Assembly: GCA_965203465.1 (NCBI GenBank)
Contig: CBDBCR010000003.1
Coordinates: 608,001-672,000, forward strand
Length of the DNA stretch: 64,000 nt
Reading direction: 5' to 3'
DNA from: Nitrosopumilaceae archaeon
Lineage (GTDB): Archaea; Thermoproteota; Nitrososphaeria; Nitrososphaerales; Nitrosopumilaceae
Position numbers and translations under genes: made by a program. Positions within the stretch are counted from its first letter, which is position 1; each line of letters opens with the position of its first letter. The notes below the pieces were generated by a model that saw only the letters and a list, made by a program, of their open reading frames with translations, did not search any database and was not told the origin of the DNA. Shown piece by piece: positions 37,972 through 47,819 of this stretch.

Positions 37972-39081
37972 TAGTTCTGGACGAAAATTCGTCGGTTTGT
38001 CAACAATTTTTTTCTCACGCACTTATTTACTACGGGATCAGGCTACACCCATGACTAACACGTCAACGGTGCTGAAAAAGGCACTCAAGAAGGAAAAGGA
38101 CGCCCGGGTCAGCCTGCGCATAGTGGCCGTCAACATGGTGGCGGTGCAAGGACAGCGAGTCGACGATGTTGCGCAGAGCCTGATGATGTCCGACGACTGG
38201 GTGCGGCAGTGGGTGGACAGGTACGAGAGCGGCGGGCTGGACGCCCTCCGCGACCGTCCGCGTGCAGGAAGGCCGCCCAAGGTAAGGAAAGACAAACTCA
38301 ACAAGATCATAGACGACGCGTCCCGGAAACGGGTGCGGCCGCACGAGGTCAGCGACGCGATAAAACGGAAGACCGGCGTGGGCTACAGCAGCAGGCATGT
38401 CCTGAGGCTCATGCGCGGCCGCAACCTCTCTCCCAAGAAAATACAGTACGTCCACGTAAACCACGCCAGCCCGGCCGCCGTGAGCAAGTGGCAGAAGCGC
38501 GAAAGGCGCGTTATTGCCTACCACAGGCGCAAAGGGCGCACCGTGGGGTGGGGGGATGAGTCGCACCACCGCAGGGACGACAAGTCCAACGCCTTGTTCT
38601 GGACGGAGCAAGGCACGCCGGTAAGCGGAACCTTCACCAACGACCCCCAAAAAGTGTCGGCGCACGGGCTGTTGCTGGAAGACACAAGACACATGGTCCG
38701 GCTGTACGACAGGGCCAACTCCGACACGTTCATCGATTTTCTCAAGGAAGCGCACAGGCGGTTCGGGCCGCTCCTCATATACGAAGACCGCGCGTCGTAC
38801 CACCAATCGCGCAAGGTTCAGGAGTTTTTGCGCGACAACCCGGAGATCGTCTTGCGGTATACGCCCGTCGGTTCGCCGTACGTGAATCCGGCCGAGCACA
38901 TGTGGCTAGTCAAGAGCAGATCGAGCGTCTCGTACAAGTACCACGCATCGTTCGAAGACTTTTGCAAAGACTTGTCGGAGCATTACAGGACCGTGCACTA
39001 CAACATAGATCCGATCAAGTGCATGAACCAGCGCCCGAAAAGATACGCCAAGTTTTGACGGCGAACTTTTGTCCAGAACTA
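37972..39081 (+). mobile_element. Intact IS630-family insertion sequence
   Basis: Imperfect TIRs TAGTTCTGGACGAAAATTCGTCG / reverse complement TAGTTCTGGACAAAAGTTCGCCG; flanking TA duplication at 37970-71 and 39082-83. Confidence 0.92.
38051..39058 (+). CDS. IS630-family DDE transposase
   Basis: HTH with RPRAGRPPK; triad WGDESH / YEDRASYH / NPAEHMW. Confidence 0.92.
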   Translation: MTNTSTVLKKALKKEKDARVSLRIVAVNMVAVQGQRVDDVAQSLMMSDDWVRQWVDRYESGGLDALRDRPRAGRPPKVRKDKLNKIIDDASRKRVRPHEVSDAIKRKTGVGYSSRHVLRLMRGRNLSPKKIQYVHVNHASPAAVSKWQKRERRVIAYHRRKGRTVGWGDESHHRRDDKSNALFWTEQGTPVSGTFTNDPQKVSAHGLLLEDTRHMVRLYDRANSDTFIDFLKEAHRRFGPLLIYEDRASYHQSRKVQEFLRDNPEIVLRYTPVGSPYVNPAEHMWLVKSRSSVSYKYHASFEDFCKDLSEHYRTVHYNIDPIKCMNQRPKRYAKF

Positions 39082-39108
39082 TATATACACGGCCGGCGGC
39101 ATACGGCG

Positions 39109-39222
39109 ATGGCAAGAATCCTGAAAAGAGACAAGTTCCAGAAGGGCGAGGATGTCATAGCTTGCAGATACGACAATGCAAGAGAAGCGATAAAGGGGAT
39201 AAAAGAGGATCTTTTTTCTTGA
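39109..39222 (+). CDS. Small low-GC ORF (37 aa), or 5' half of a frameshifted gene
   Basis: ATG about 25 nt after the TATA that the IS hit; TTGA overlap with the next ORF. Confidence 0.35.
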   Translation: MARILKRDKFQKGEDVIACRYDNAREAIKGIKEDLFS

Positions 39223-39455
39223 AGCACGTATCTCCTCAACTTTTTAAAGAGCAGATAGAGCACATAGGTGAAAAGCAGGCTAGGATCGTATTGGATAACT
39301 TTATTCCCGTAGAGCAGACGCTCAGATACGCATTGCGCTACAACAACATTTTGAACTTTTCCATGGTTGTGAAGGTAAAAAACTCAGCCTATTCAGTAAA
39401 ATACACATACCGTAGAAAAGAACAAGAATTGGTGGCGGTCAAGCTCTTGGGATAA
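39219..39455 (+). CDS. Small low-GC ORF (78 aa), or 3' half of a frameshifted gene
   Basis: TTG start overlapping TGA; AT-rich. Confidence 0.4.
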   Translation: MKHVSPQLFKEQIEHIGEKQARIVLDNFIPVEQTLRYALRYNNILNFSMVVKVKNSAYSVKYTYRRKEQELVAVKLLG

Positions 39456-39610
39456 CGGGTGCGAAGTCTGCCGCCCTTGAGCTGTGCGTTACTCTAGCCG
39501 ACTACGCACGATCTGCTCTGAAAGACGCTTCTGGCAGGCGCGTATTGTGTGCCGCGTCAGACGCGCGCGGCGCGCCCCTGCCGCCGCTTGCCACGATATC
39601 CGGCCCCGGG

Positions 39611-39844
39611 CTACCGCATCACCGACTCCAGGCCGGCGTGCGCGAGGCGCAGGTGGGAGTTGAGCGCGGCGCGCAGGTGCTGGATGCGGTCGGCCTCGAC
39701 CTCCAGCGTCACGCAGGCGCCGTCGAGGCCCGCGCGTACCGAAGAGCCGCCCTGCGGGCCGCGGTCCGAAGAGACGGCCTCGAAGAGCGCGCGCGCGGCC
39801 GCCCCGCCCTCTATGCGCACCGAGGCGCTACACCTTGACGTCAT
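39611..39844 (-). CDS. pcc1: KEOPS complex subunit Pcc1
   Basis: HLRAALNSHLRL; position after rpl37ae. Confidence 0.75.
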   Translation of the reverse strand: MTSRCSASVRIEGGAAARALFEAVSSDRGPQGGSSVRAGLDGACVTLEVEADRIQHLRAALNSHLRLAHAGLESVMR

Positions 39845-40037
39845 ACGCGGTGCCTGCCACCTTGAAGCCGCACTTTTTGCACGACCATATGGCGATGACG
39901 TCGCGCGTGAACCGGGCCGAGCCGCACTCGGGGCACGACCTGTCCGACTTTAGCGTGCGGTGCACCTTTGTGTACTGCTTGCGTATCTTTATGCCGTAGC
40001 GCGCGCCCAGCCCCTTGAGGGTCTTTTTGCGGGCCAT
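39828..40037 (-). CDS. rpl37ae: 50S ribosomal protein L37Ae
   Basis: GARYG, CPECG, IWSCKKCG, AGTAY. Confidence 0.93.
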   Translation of the reverse strand: MARKKTLKGLGARYGIKIRKQYTKVHRTLKSDRSCPECGSARFTRDVIAIWSCKKCGFKVAGTAYDVKV

Positions 40038-40843
40038 CACGAGCTCCGCTCTATGGTCTCCCTGACCTGCCTGCCCACCCTGACGGCGGTCCGCCCGCAC
40101 TCGATTACCTCCTGGGCGGTAAAGCCGCCGGCGCCGCCCTTTTGCAGGGCGCATATGTTGCCGTCCGAATCCGAGGTCATGGTAATGCGCGCGTCCATGC
40201 AGTCCCACTCGTCGGCGTTGGGATCCACCAGTATGTGGCGCCCTATCTTGGCCATGGTCACCGAGGCCGGCGTGGTCGAGACGGGCACCTTTGAGGTTTC
40301 GCCCTCGACGACGACCGGGCCGCTCTCGCCGTACTCCCACCTTGGCGAGACGGCCGTCCGTAGCGCGGCGGTGGCCGCGTACGAGCACGCGTCGAAGAGG
40401 TTCCCGTCGTAGTCTATGACGGTGTTGTCGGCAAAGACCCCCACCACCGAGACGTCCTTTTTGATGACCAGCTGCGATACGTCGACCATGTGCGATTCGC
40501 GTATGCCCCTGTCCACGACCCTGGCAAGCTCGATGACCCGCTCGTTGGGGGGGCCCGTCTCGACTGTCGGGTGCGAGAGGGGCAGCATTTCGGCGGTGCA
40601 GATGAACACGCCCCTGTCCCCGGTGTCCGGAAACGGCCTGTCCGGCTGTATCTTTACGCCGCAGAGCACGTCGGTGTCGCCAAGGTGCACGCGCGCCGAT
40701 CCGTTGGCCTTCGGCACGGCGCCCGTCTCTATCTTGATGCTGCGCACCTGATCGAACGCGCGCCCGTCTATGCGCTCGCCCGCCTCGAGCAGCTCTGCCA
40801 CCCTCTTTTTCTTTAGCTGATCCAGCACGTGCGTGGCGCCCAT
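40037..40843 (-). CDS. rrp42: Exosome subunit Rrp42
   Basis: RIDGR, KANGSA, ELARVVDRGIRES, DGNLFDA. Confidence 0.93.
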   Translation of the reverse strand: MGATHVLDQLKKKRVAELLEAGERIDGRAFDQVRSIKIETGAVPKANGSARVHLGDTDVLCGVKIQPDRPFPDTGDRGVFICTAEMLPLSHPTVETGPPNERVIELARVVDRGIRESHMVDVSQLVIKKDVSVVGVFADNTVIDYDGNLFDACSYAATAALRTAVSPRWEYGESGPVVVEGETSKVPVSTTPASVTMAKIGRHILVDPNADEWDCMDARITMTSDSDGNICALQKGGAGGFTAQEVIECGRTAVRVGRQVRETIERSS

Positions 40844-41578
40844 CTAGCCCGCGCCTCCCGGAAAGAACCTGTCCTGCAGCGCCTTTTTCTGCAGCTCGTA
40901 CACCTGGAGGCACCCCTCCTTGGCGGTCTGGACGCACTTTTCGAACTCGTCGGGCGAGAGCACCCCGTCCAGCTGGAGCAGCGTTATCTGATCCAGGTTG
41001 GGCATGTACCCCATCGGCATGTCCGCCTGGCCCGCCTGGTCTTCCTCGTTGTTGACGTCGAGGATTATCGTGTCGGCCGCCTTGCCCGCGGCGCACGCGC
41101 AGACCAGGTCCCTCATCGGTATCCCGGCGTCCGCCAGTGCCACGGCGGCCGCGTCGAGCGCGGCACACCTGGAGCCGCCGTCGGCCTGGAGCACCTCGAT
41201 GTACACGTCGACGGCGGTGCGCGGAAACTGCTCCAGCATGACGGCCGGCAGCAGCGCCTCCTTTATGACCTTGGATATCTCTATCTCGCGCCTGGACGGG
41301 GCGGGGTTCTTGCGCTCGGTGACGGAGAACGGCTCCATGTGGTAGCGGCACCGCAGGATGCCGGTGTCCGTGTCGGACATGTGCTTGGGGTGGACGTCGC
41401 GCGGGCCGTACACGCCGGCGAGTATCTTGTTGTCGCCGAACTCGATGTACGCCGAGCCGTCGGCGTTTTTCAGCACGCCGGCCTTGATCTCGACCCGCCG
41501 GGTCTGGTTGACCGTGCGCCCGTCGCAGCGGATGCCGTTCTCGTCCAGCAGCACCATCTGGGCCTCTCTTCCGCCCAT
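40844..41578 (-). CDS. rrp41: Exosome subunit Rrp41
   Basis: ADGSAYIE, VYGPR, PSRREIEISKV, ADGGSR. Confidence 0.95.
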   Translation of the reverse strand: MGGREAQMVLLDENGIRCDGRTVNQTRRVEIKAGVLKNADGSAYIEFGDNKILAGVYGPRDVHPKHMSDTDTGILRCRYHMEPFSVTERKNPAPSRREIEISKVIKEALLPAVMLEQFPRTAVDVYIEVLQADGGSRCAALDAAAVALADAGIPMRDLVCACAAGKAADTIILDVNNEEDQAGQADMPMGYMPNLDQITLLQLDGVLSPDEFEKCVQTAKEGCLQVYELQKKALQDRFFPGGAG

Positions 41579-41579
41579 C

Positions 41580-42251
41580 TCAGCTCGACCCTATCATCTC
41601 CCTGACCCTGTCTGCAAGGTCGGAGTTGTAAGACTGCTCGTCAATCATGCGCACGGCTTTTTCGGCCTTTAATAAGCCCTCTGGATCGTCGCCGTCGATG
41701 ACGACCCTGCCGTTCTGGCCCACGGTTATGGCGGTGCCGGTGCCCTCTTCGATGGCCTGTATCATGGAGCCCTTTTTGCCTATGAGCCTCGATATCTTGC
41801 CCGGCGAGATGGAGACCATGTGCCCCCCGTCGATCTTGCCCAAGTCCCGGTCGCCTATGGTCATGAGCGGATCGCGCGTCCTGTCGAAGTTTGCCACCCT
41901 GGCTGCGACCATGTCGCCCTTTGCCAGCCTCGATGTCAGGTCGTCGGCGTGCGACGAAAAGTCGCGCCCGAACACGTCCTGGGCGGGCAGGAACCCCACG
42001 TAGGCCGCGTTGATGTCCAGCTCCCACGCGAGCGACGTGTGCGATACCACCTTGCCTATCACCATGTCGTCTATGCGCGGCTGGTACTTGCCCGAAAACG
42101 GCACCACCCGGACCTCGTTTTCGAATATCTCGGACATGCCCGCGACGGTCGATATTATGCGGTCGCCGTCGAGCACCACGTTCTCGACTGGCCGCAGCGG
42201 GCCGGTCGTGACCAGTTCGCCCGGTATCACGTACTTTCTGCGCGAGCCCAT
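41580..42251 (-). CDS. rrp4: Exosome RNA-binding subunit Rrp4
   Basis: VIPGE, S1 domain, KH RLIGKKGSMI, VGQNG. Confidence 0.92.
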   Translation of the reverse strand: MGSRRKYVIPGELVTTGPLRPVENVVLDGDRIISTVAGMSEIFENEVRVVPFSGKYQPRIDDMVIGKVVSHTSLAWELDINAAYVGFLPAQDVFGRDFSSHADDLTSRLAKGDMVAARVANFDRTRDPLMTIGDRDLGKIDGGHMVSISPGKISRLIGKKGSMIQAIEEGTGTAITVGQNGRVVIDGDDPEGLLKAEKAVRMIDEQSYNSDLADRVREMIGSS

Positions 42252-42937
42252 CAGCGCACCATCTCCGCGGTCGCGGTGCCCTTTGTGACCGAGCCGAGCT
42301 TGTCTATCACGGTCGGCCTCGCGGCCGCCGGTATTTCTAGTATTGCCTTGAGGGAGCCGTTGGCCTGCCACTGCTCGCCCTTTAGCGTGCCGAACGCCTT
42401 GAGGACCGAATACGACTGGGCCGCGAACTGGGCCGGCACCGTTATCTCCAGGGACATGTTTTCGGACTTTAGCGGTATCACGGAGCGCAGCGCGTCGACG
42501 ATGTCCCCCGCCTGGTCCTGGGCGCCGCGCTGCGGATCCACCGAGACGCGCGCGTCCTTCATGGCCTGCTCTATGCGCAGCGGCGGGTGGGGCAGGTGCG
42601 AGCGGGGGTCCACGTACGTCTTTGCGATGAACGCGACTATCTGCTTGCGCTTCTCCTCGGTCATCTTGCGGCGCTGGTCGGTTGTCAGGTTGAGCGTGCC
42701 CTTTTTCATGATGGCCTCGGCCACCCGGGCCGGATCGTCGGTGCCGAACGCCTTTAGCAGCTTTTCCGACGAGGCGCGGGTGCCCCTTCCCGCGTCGGTG
42801 TATATCTCGTCGGCGATGAGAACCGACGAGAGGTCCTGCCTCCTGCCCGTCTTGTATTCTAGGGCCGGATCGGGCTTTACGAGTATCTCGAACTTTTCGC
42901 CCTCGTGCGAATGGCGCGCGATCGTCGATTCTGCCAT
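42251..42937 (-). CDS. Ribosome maturation protein SBDS/SDO1
   Basis: KFEILV, AFGT, LTTDQRR, PHPPLRIE. Confidence 0.93.
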   Translation of the reverse strand: MAESTIARHSHEGEKFEILVKPDPALEYKTGRRQDLSSVLIADEIYTDAGRGTRASSEKLLKAFGTDDPARVAEAIMKKGTLNLTTDQRRKMTEEKRKQIVAFIAKTYVDPRSHLPHPPLRIEQAMKDARVSVDPQRGAQDQAGDIVDALRSVIPLKSENMSLEITVPAQFAAQSYSVLKAFGTLKGEQWQANGSLKAILEIPAAARPTVIDKLGSVTKGTATAEMVR

Positions 42938-43139
42938 GCCCGCCCGCGCACCCGTCGGTATTTATCTATAGCCGGGCCGCCTATGTACGCGCTCAGCCCC
43001 CGCCACGAATCCAGTTTTGCTAGGCACGGGCCCACGCACGAGATCCAATCGCCGGGCACGGCCGGCTCTAGTCCCGAAACCATTTCGCATGCTGGCCGGC
43101 GGGTGCGGCTGGCCGCCGGCTTGCATTAGGGGCAAGCCG

Positions 43140-43740
43140 CGCATGCAGGCCGTGAAGCGCCTCAAGGAATCGCGGGCGGGGCGGATAGTCCGGGAAAAGC
43201 GCAAGGGCGACCGGATCAACGCCGAAATCGCATCCGCCACGAAGGTGCCCGTCCCGCGGGCGCAAAAGATAGCCAGGCGGTACCGGGGAGTCCGGCCCGC
43301 GGACATCGTCCATTCGCGGCCCATGGGCAGGCCGGCATCGACGCTACCGGGCCAGGAGGGAGCGCTAAACCGTCCTGTCCGCCAAGGGCCGGCTCAGGCA
43401 CGTGGCGCGCAAGATCGAGAGGCGCGCGGGAATACATGTCCCGCACAACGCCGTACGCAAGGTGTTGCGGGACGAGGAACTGGCCCAGAGGAATCCGAAA
43501 AAGCGGAGGCGCGAGTGGGTCATGCACGAGCGCAGGCACTCAAACTCGATGTGGCGTGCGGGCTATGCGCAGCTTACGGATGGAAGACGGTTCCCCGCTT
43601 ACATGGACGGTGCTTCGCGTTACATCACGGGATATGGGATATTTTCCAACGCCGCCGGGGTGCGCGAGGCGGCTGCCAAGCGCGGCAAGCCGTCGGCCGT
43701 ACCGGCGGATCGCGGGGCGCGGTTTTGCGCCGAGTGAGGG
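43140..43740 (+). pseudogene. Decayed IS481-like (integrase-core) transposase
   Basis: Frameshifted pieces: HTH..MGRP; IHVPHNAVRKVL; HERRHSNSMW; YMDGASRYITGYG; catalytic Asp positions mutated, 3' end missing. Confidence 0.7.
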
Positions 43741-43862
43741 CAAGAAGCGCGGCGCGGCCGAGGCGCGCCCCTAGCGCAGAATGAACGCGGGCGGCCGTTC
43801 GGGCCCGTTTGCGCGTACGGCGGCCGCCTCTTTAATGCACCCAGCGGGCCCGCAAAACCCGC

Positions 43863-45047
43863 CTACGTCGAGACGGGCCGCTGGGCGTGGTCGCGCACCG
43901 TGTACCGCCTTCCGCGCCACGAGACCGAATCGCGGCCCCGGGCGCGCAGCACCCCGGCGGCGAATCCGGCGACCACCACCAGGGCGCCGAGCGGCGCCAG
44001 CGCGGCGTGGCGCAGGCCCGACCTCAGGTGCGCGGCCTCCATGAACGTCCCCGCCCAGACCAGCGCCGAGGCCGACGCGGAGGCTGCCAGCAGCGCGGCG
44101 CCCGGCGCCCCCGGCGCCGAGGCCGCGTAGGGCAGCGCCGCGAACGGCGCGAACAACAGCGCGCAGACGGCCGCCAGTATCGCCGAGGCCAGTTTCGGAT
44201 CCTGCACGTACAGCGGCACCATGAGCCGCTTCATGCCCTCCCACAGCGTCCCCCCGTCGCGCGCCCAGACGGCGTCGACTAGGTGCTCCGCGCGCGCCAT
44301 CCGCATGCGGTGGCCGGCGGACTTTACCTTGGCGCCCAGCGCGCCGTCCTCGACTATCTCGTGGCGCACGCCCTCGTGGGTGCCGACCGACTCGTACGTC
44401 TCTTTTTTTATGATGAAAAAGCTGCCGAAAAAGTACCCGACCTTGGAGGACGGATCGTTGACCCGCAGCGCCGAGAACCGCGTGTCCAGGAACACGGATA
44501 TGACCGGCAGCGTCACGCGCGTCCAGAACTCCGGCGCCCGGATGCGCGGTATCCCGGTCAGCGCGTCCAGATCCTGCGAGAGCAGCTCCGAGACTGCCGA
44601 CGAGATCGACTCGGGGGCGTGGCGCGTGTCCGAATCGGTAAAGAGCAGCAGGCTGCCGCTCGCGCGCGCGTACCCCTGCGAGCAGGCCCAGTTCTTGCCC
44701 ATCCAGCCGTCCGGCTTGGGCCCGGCGCTCACGTGGACTACGCGCCCGGATTCGGCCGCGTGCCTCGCCATGATGCGGCCGGTGCCGTCCTGCGAGGAAT
44801 CGTCTATGCACACTATCTCGTAGTCCGGATAGTCCTGCTCGCGCAGCGAGCCGAGGCACGCGTCGATGTAGCCCTCCTCGTTGCGCGCCGGCACTATAAC
44901 TGAGACGCGCGGCGCCGGGCCGGCGTCCCCCCCGCGCATGACCGGCGAGCACCGGAACGTCCTGGCCATCGAGCAGAGCAGGAAGACCCAGACCCCGCAG
45001 ACGGCGGCCAGCAGCGCGGCCCCCAGGTAGTGGAGCGCCTCTATCAC
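43863..45047 (-). CDS. Membrane GT2 glycosyltransferase
   Basis: IVPARNEE, IDDSSQDGT, GWMGKNWAC, FTDSD, EIVEDGAL. Confidence 0.88.
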   Translation of the reverse strand: MIEALHYLGAALLAAVCGVWVFLLCSMARTFRCSPVMRGGDAGPAPRVSVIVPARNEEGYIDACLGSLREQDYPDYEIVCIDDSSQDGTGRIMARHAAESGRVVHVSAGPKPDGWMGKNWACSQGYARASGSLLLFTDSDTRHAPESISSAVSELLSQDLDALTGIPRIRAPEFWTRVTLPVISVFLDTRFSALRVNDPSSKVGYFFGSFFIIKKETYESVGTHEGVRHEIVEDGALGAKVKSAGHRMRMARAEHLVDAVWARDGGTLWEGMKRLMVPLYVQDPKLASAILAAVCALLFAPFAALPYAASAPGAPGAALLAASASASALVWAGTFMEAAHLRSGLRHAALAPLGALVVVAGFAAGVLRARGRDSVSWRGRRYTVRDHAQRPVST

Positions 45048-45460
45048 GCCCCGGCCTCCTCCCTTATCGCCTCGAGCGCCTGCTCGGTTCCTTTCTGGAT
45101 GTGGCCGGCTATCAGGCCCCCGAACGCCGACATGGCGCCTGTCAGCCTCACGTCCCACTCGGCGCGCAGCACCGAGCCACGCCCGCGCTCCTCGACCTCG
45201 AGCAGCTTGGTGCCCTCGATCACCCCCGCCGTGAATATCGAGCGCACGCGCGAGGGCGGCTCCAGGTACACCTCCTGCATGCACTTTTGGCCGCGGAACG
45301 CGATGGTCACCTCCCTGACCCTCCTGTTGCCGTCGGCCGATACGTTGCGCACGCTCTTCGTTCCCTTCCAGAACCGCGGCTCGGCGTCCAAGTCCGATAT
45401 TATCCGCCAGACGCGCAAGCTCGGGGCCGGAACCTCGACGGACGCTCGGATGCGTGCCAC
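45044..45460 (-). CDS. SRPBCC family protein
   Basis: VWRIISDLDAEPRFWKG; GTGA overlap with the GT2 gene. Confidence 0.75.
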   Translation of the reverse strand: MARIRASVEVPAPSLRVWRIISDLDAEPRFWKGTKSVRNVSADGNRRVREVTIAFRGQKCMQEVYLEPPSRVRSIFTAGVIEGTKLLEVEERGRGSVLRAEWDVRLTGAMSAFGGLIAGHIQKGTEQALEAIREEAGA

Positions 45461-45532
45461 GCCGGTCGCCCGGCGCGGCCAAATATATTTCGGCGCACCA
45501 AAGCAATTTAACGGCCGGGCCCGGCGGCCGGC

Positions 45533-45856
45533 GTGGCCGTCCCCTACGAGAGGTTCAAAGAGCTGGACTTGCGGGTAGGAAAGGTGGTCTCCGCGGAACC
45601 CATACCGGGGCGCACGCGCATCATGAAGGGAACCGTCGACATCGGCTCCGAGACCAGGCAGGTGGTCATCGGCGGAGCGGAGCACTTTGAGCCCGCCCAG
45701 ATGGTCGGAAGGACGGTCATAGTGCTGGCCAACCTCGAGCCGCGCACCGTGGCCGGCGTAAAGTCCGAGGCCATGCTGCTCGCCGCCGACGCGGGCGGCA
45801 GGCCGTTCTGGCTGAGCGCGCCGGGCGGGCCCCCGCCGGGCTCGCGCGTGTGCTAG
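45533..45856 (+). CDS. tRNA-binding OB-fold protein (Trbp111/CsaA/MetRS C-terminal-like)
   Basis: LDLRVGKV, LANLEPR, GVKSEAMLLAA. Confidence 0.88.
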   Translation: MAVPYERFKELDLRVGKVVSAEPIPGRTRIMKGTVDIGSETRQVVIGGAEHFEPAQMVGRTVIVLANLEPRTVAGVKSEAMLLAADAGGRPFWLSAPGGPPPGSRVC

Positions 45857-46413
45857 CCGTATATCATCAGATCCTTTTCCTCCAGCAGGGCGTGGAGGTT
45901 GTTGACGGACCTGTACACGTCCGGCTCCCTCTTTGCGCCGGTGCAGACCAGCTTGCCCGACGAGAACAGCAGTATCACCGTCTTTGGATCCACCATCCTG
46001 TGTATGAGGCCCGGGAACTGCTCGGGCTCGTACATGCTGCGCGGCAGCGTGCGGGCCGCCTGCTCGAGGTGTATCTTGCCGCCCAGGTTTATCGAGGCCA
46101 CGATGTTCTGTATCTCGACGACGGCGTCCTTTTTGATCTTTATGCCGTCCTTGCGCAGCCGCTGCACGACCGTCTTTACGGCCTTGCGGGCCATCTCCTC
46201 GGACTTTGAGCCGGTGCAGACCATCTTGCCCGACGTGAATATGAGCGTGGCCGTCTTTGGGTTCTTTAGGCGGAAGACCAGCCCGGGGAACTGGTCGGGG
46301 TGGTATTCGACGTCCGGGAAGAGCCGGGTTATCTCGTTGAGATCCATCTTTTGGTCGACCGAGGCGGAGGCCACCACGTTCTCGACGCTCACGATGGGCT
46401 TCGTCTGGGGCAT
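45853..46413 (-). CDS. tbp: TATA-box-binding protein
   Basis: Two repeats ENVVAS/QNIVAS, YEPEQFPGL, LFSSGKLVCTG. Confidence 0.97.
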   Translation of the reverse strand: MPQTKPIVSVENVVASASVDQKMDLNEITRLFPDVEYHPDQFPGLVFRLKNPKTATLIFTSGKMVCTGSKSEEMARKAVKTVVQRLRKDGIKIKKDAVVEIQNIVASINLGGKIHLEQAARTLPRSMYEPEQFPGLIHRMVDPKTVILLFSSGKLVCTGAKREPDVYRSVNNLHALLEEKDLMIYG

Positions 46414-46499
46414 AGGCGACGGCGCGTATAAACAGTCTATATAAAAGCACTTTGGGCCCCCGGGGTTGTTCGGCAATTCCGCGCCTCTGCGGATACGGG

Positions 46500-47640
46500 T
46501 CGGTCGAGTCCCTCGTTTTCCGCTGCCTCCCTAGCCGCATCCCTCCCCGGCCCGCTCCCCGGACCCCGCCGGCGCCGTCCCGCGCAAGCAACCCCGCTCC
46601 TGCGCCATGTCGATCATCGCGTTGTAGATTGCGGCCTTTGCCATGGCCTCGTTGACCACGTTCTGCCAGTTTCTGGACATGAGACTCCGAATATCCTCTT
46701 GAACGTGGAAAACGGCCCCTCGACGGACTGGCGCTGGTTGTAGCCGCCCTCCCGCATCCACGCGCCTTGGCAGTCTTTTGCCCGTCTGTCATTCTGGCGA
46801 ACTTTTGCTGCGCGTCGCGGTCGATCTTGTCGAATCCCCCCAGCTGCCGGAATCCGGCCTCCTTGCGGTCCGTGGATCCGTCGGCGTTGCCCCAAAGTTG
46901 CGCCGCGCGGGAACCGGCCCCTCGACGCCGTGCTCTTTGAACAGCCGGTACGACTCTGGAATCGTAGGCCGCGCCAAGGCAGACCTTCGCTTTGGGCTCC
47001 GGCTCGGCCGGCCCGTTCGCGGAAGGCGCGGCCGGCTTTGCGCTAGACACGGCCCGGCGGAGCAGTTCCTTGAGTTTGGGCATGTCGCCCTTGTCCGTGG
47101 TTGTCTTTGGCGCAGATCCTCTTCGTTTTTGCGTCCACGACGACGTGTAGTTTGACGAAGCCCTTCCTGCCGCCCCACTTTTGATCCATCCAGTTGCCGC
47201 GGTTGGTCGGTTTCAGGCCGGTCGAATCGCCAGCGAAAAACTCCACCAGGATCTTGCGGCCGTTGCCCACGTACAGCGTGCCGCCCTCGCCGTCCTTTTC
47301 CGCCGTGGCGTTGATCCGCTCGAAGATGACGAGCGCGCCGGGACGTTCTTGCCGACGATCGTCTCGAATACGCCCTCGAGCTGCCTGTACGGCACGCGCG
47401 CCGCGGCCCTGTAGATCCTGGCCGCCACGAACGCCTCCGAGTAGAACGGGCGCCCGACCCTGCCCTCGATCTCCGTCGTACAGCATGTCTTCGATGTCCA
47501 GCACGTGGAACTTGCCGCGCTCCATGTACTTGCGCCGTCTCTTTGCCGCCCCCGCCGGCCGCCTCCTTGCCGCGCGCTTTATGGCCCGGCTTCGACTCTG
47601 CCGGCGGCTTGGCCCGCCGTCTTTCATTAGTCGACGGCGC
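46500..47640 (-). pseudogene. Decayed IS5-family transposase
   Basis: Multi-frame pieces: PYRQLEG; DSTGLKPTNRGNW..GFVKLHVVVD; GYNQRQSVEGPFSTFKRIFG. Confidence 0.8.
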
Positions 47641-47819
47641 GCCACTGTCTGCCCGTTTAACGCCCGCAGGCCAAAACAAGGCCAAGAGGCGGGTGTTTTT
47701 GACACGGGCAGAGCGGCCAGATCGGCGGGCGGCGCAGGCGCGGATCCGGAGAATCGCCGAATCCCCGGAACGGCCCCTCCCGCGAATGGTTTAAGTTGAA
47801 ACCCGCGCCCCCGCGGCCC

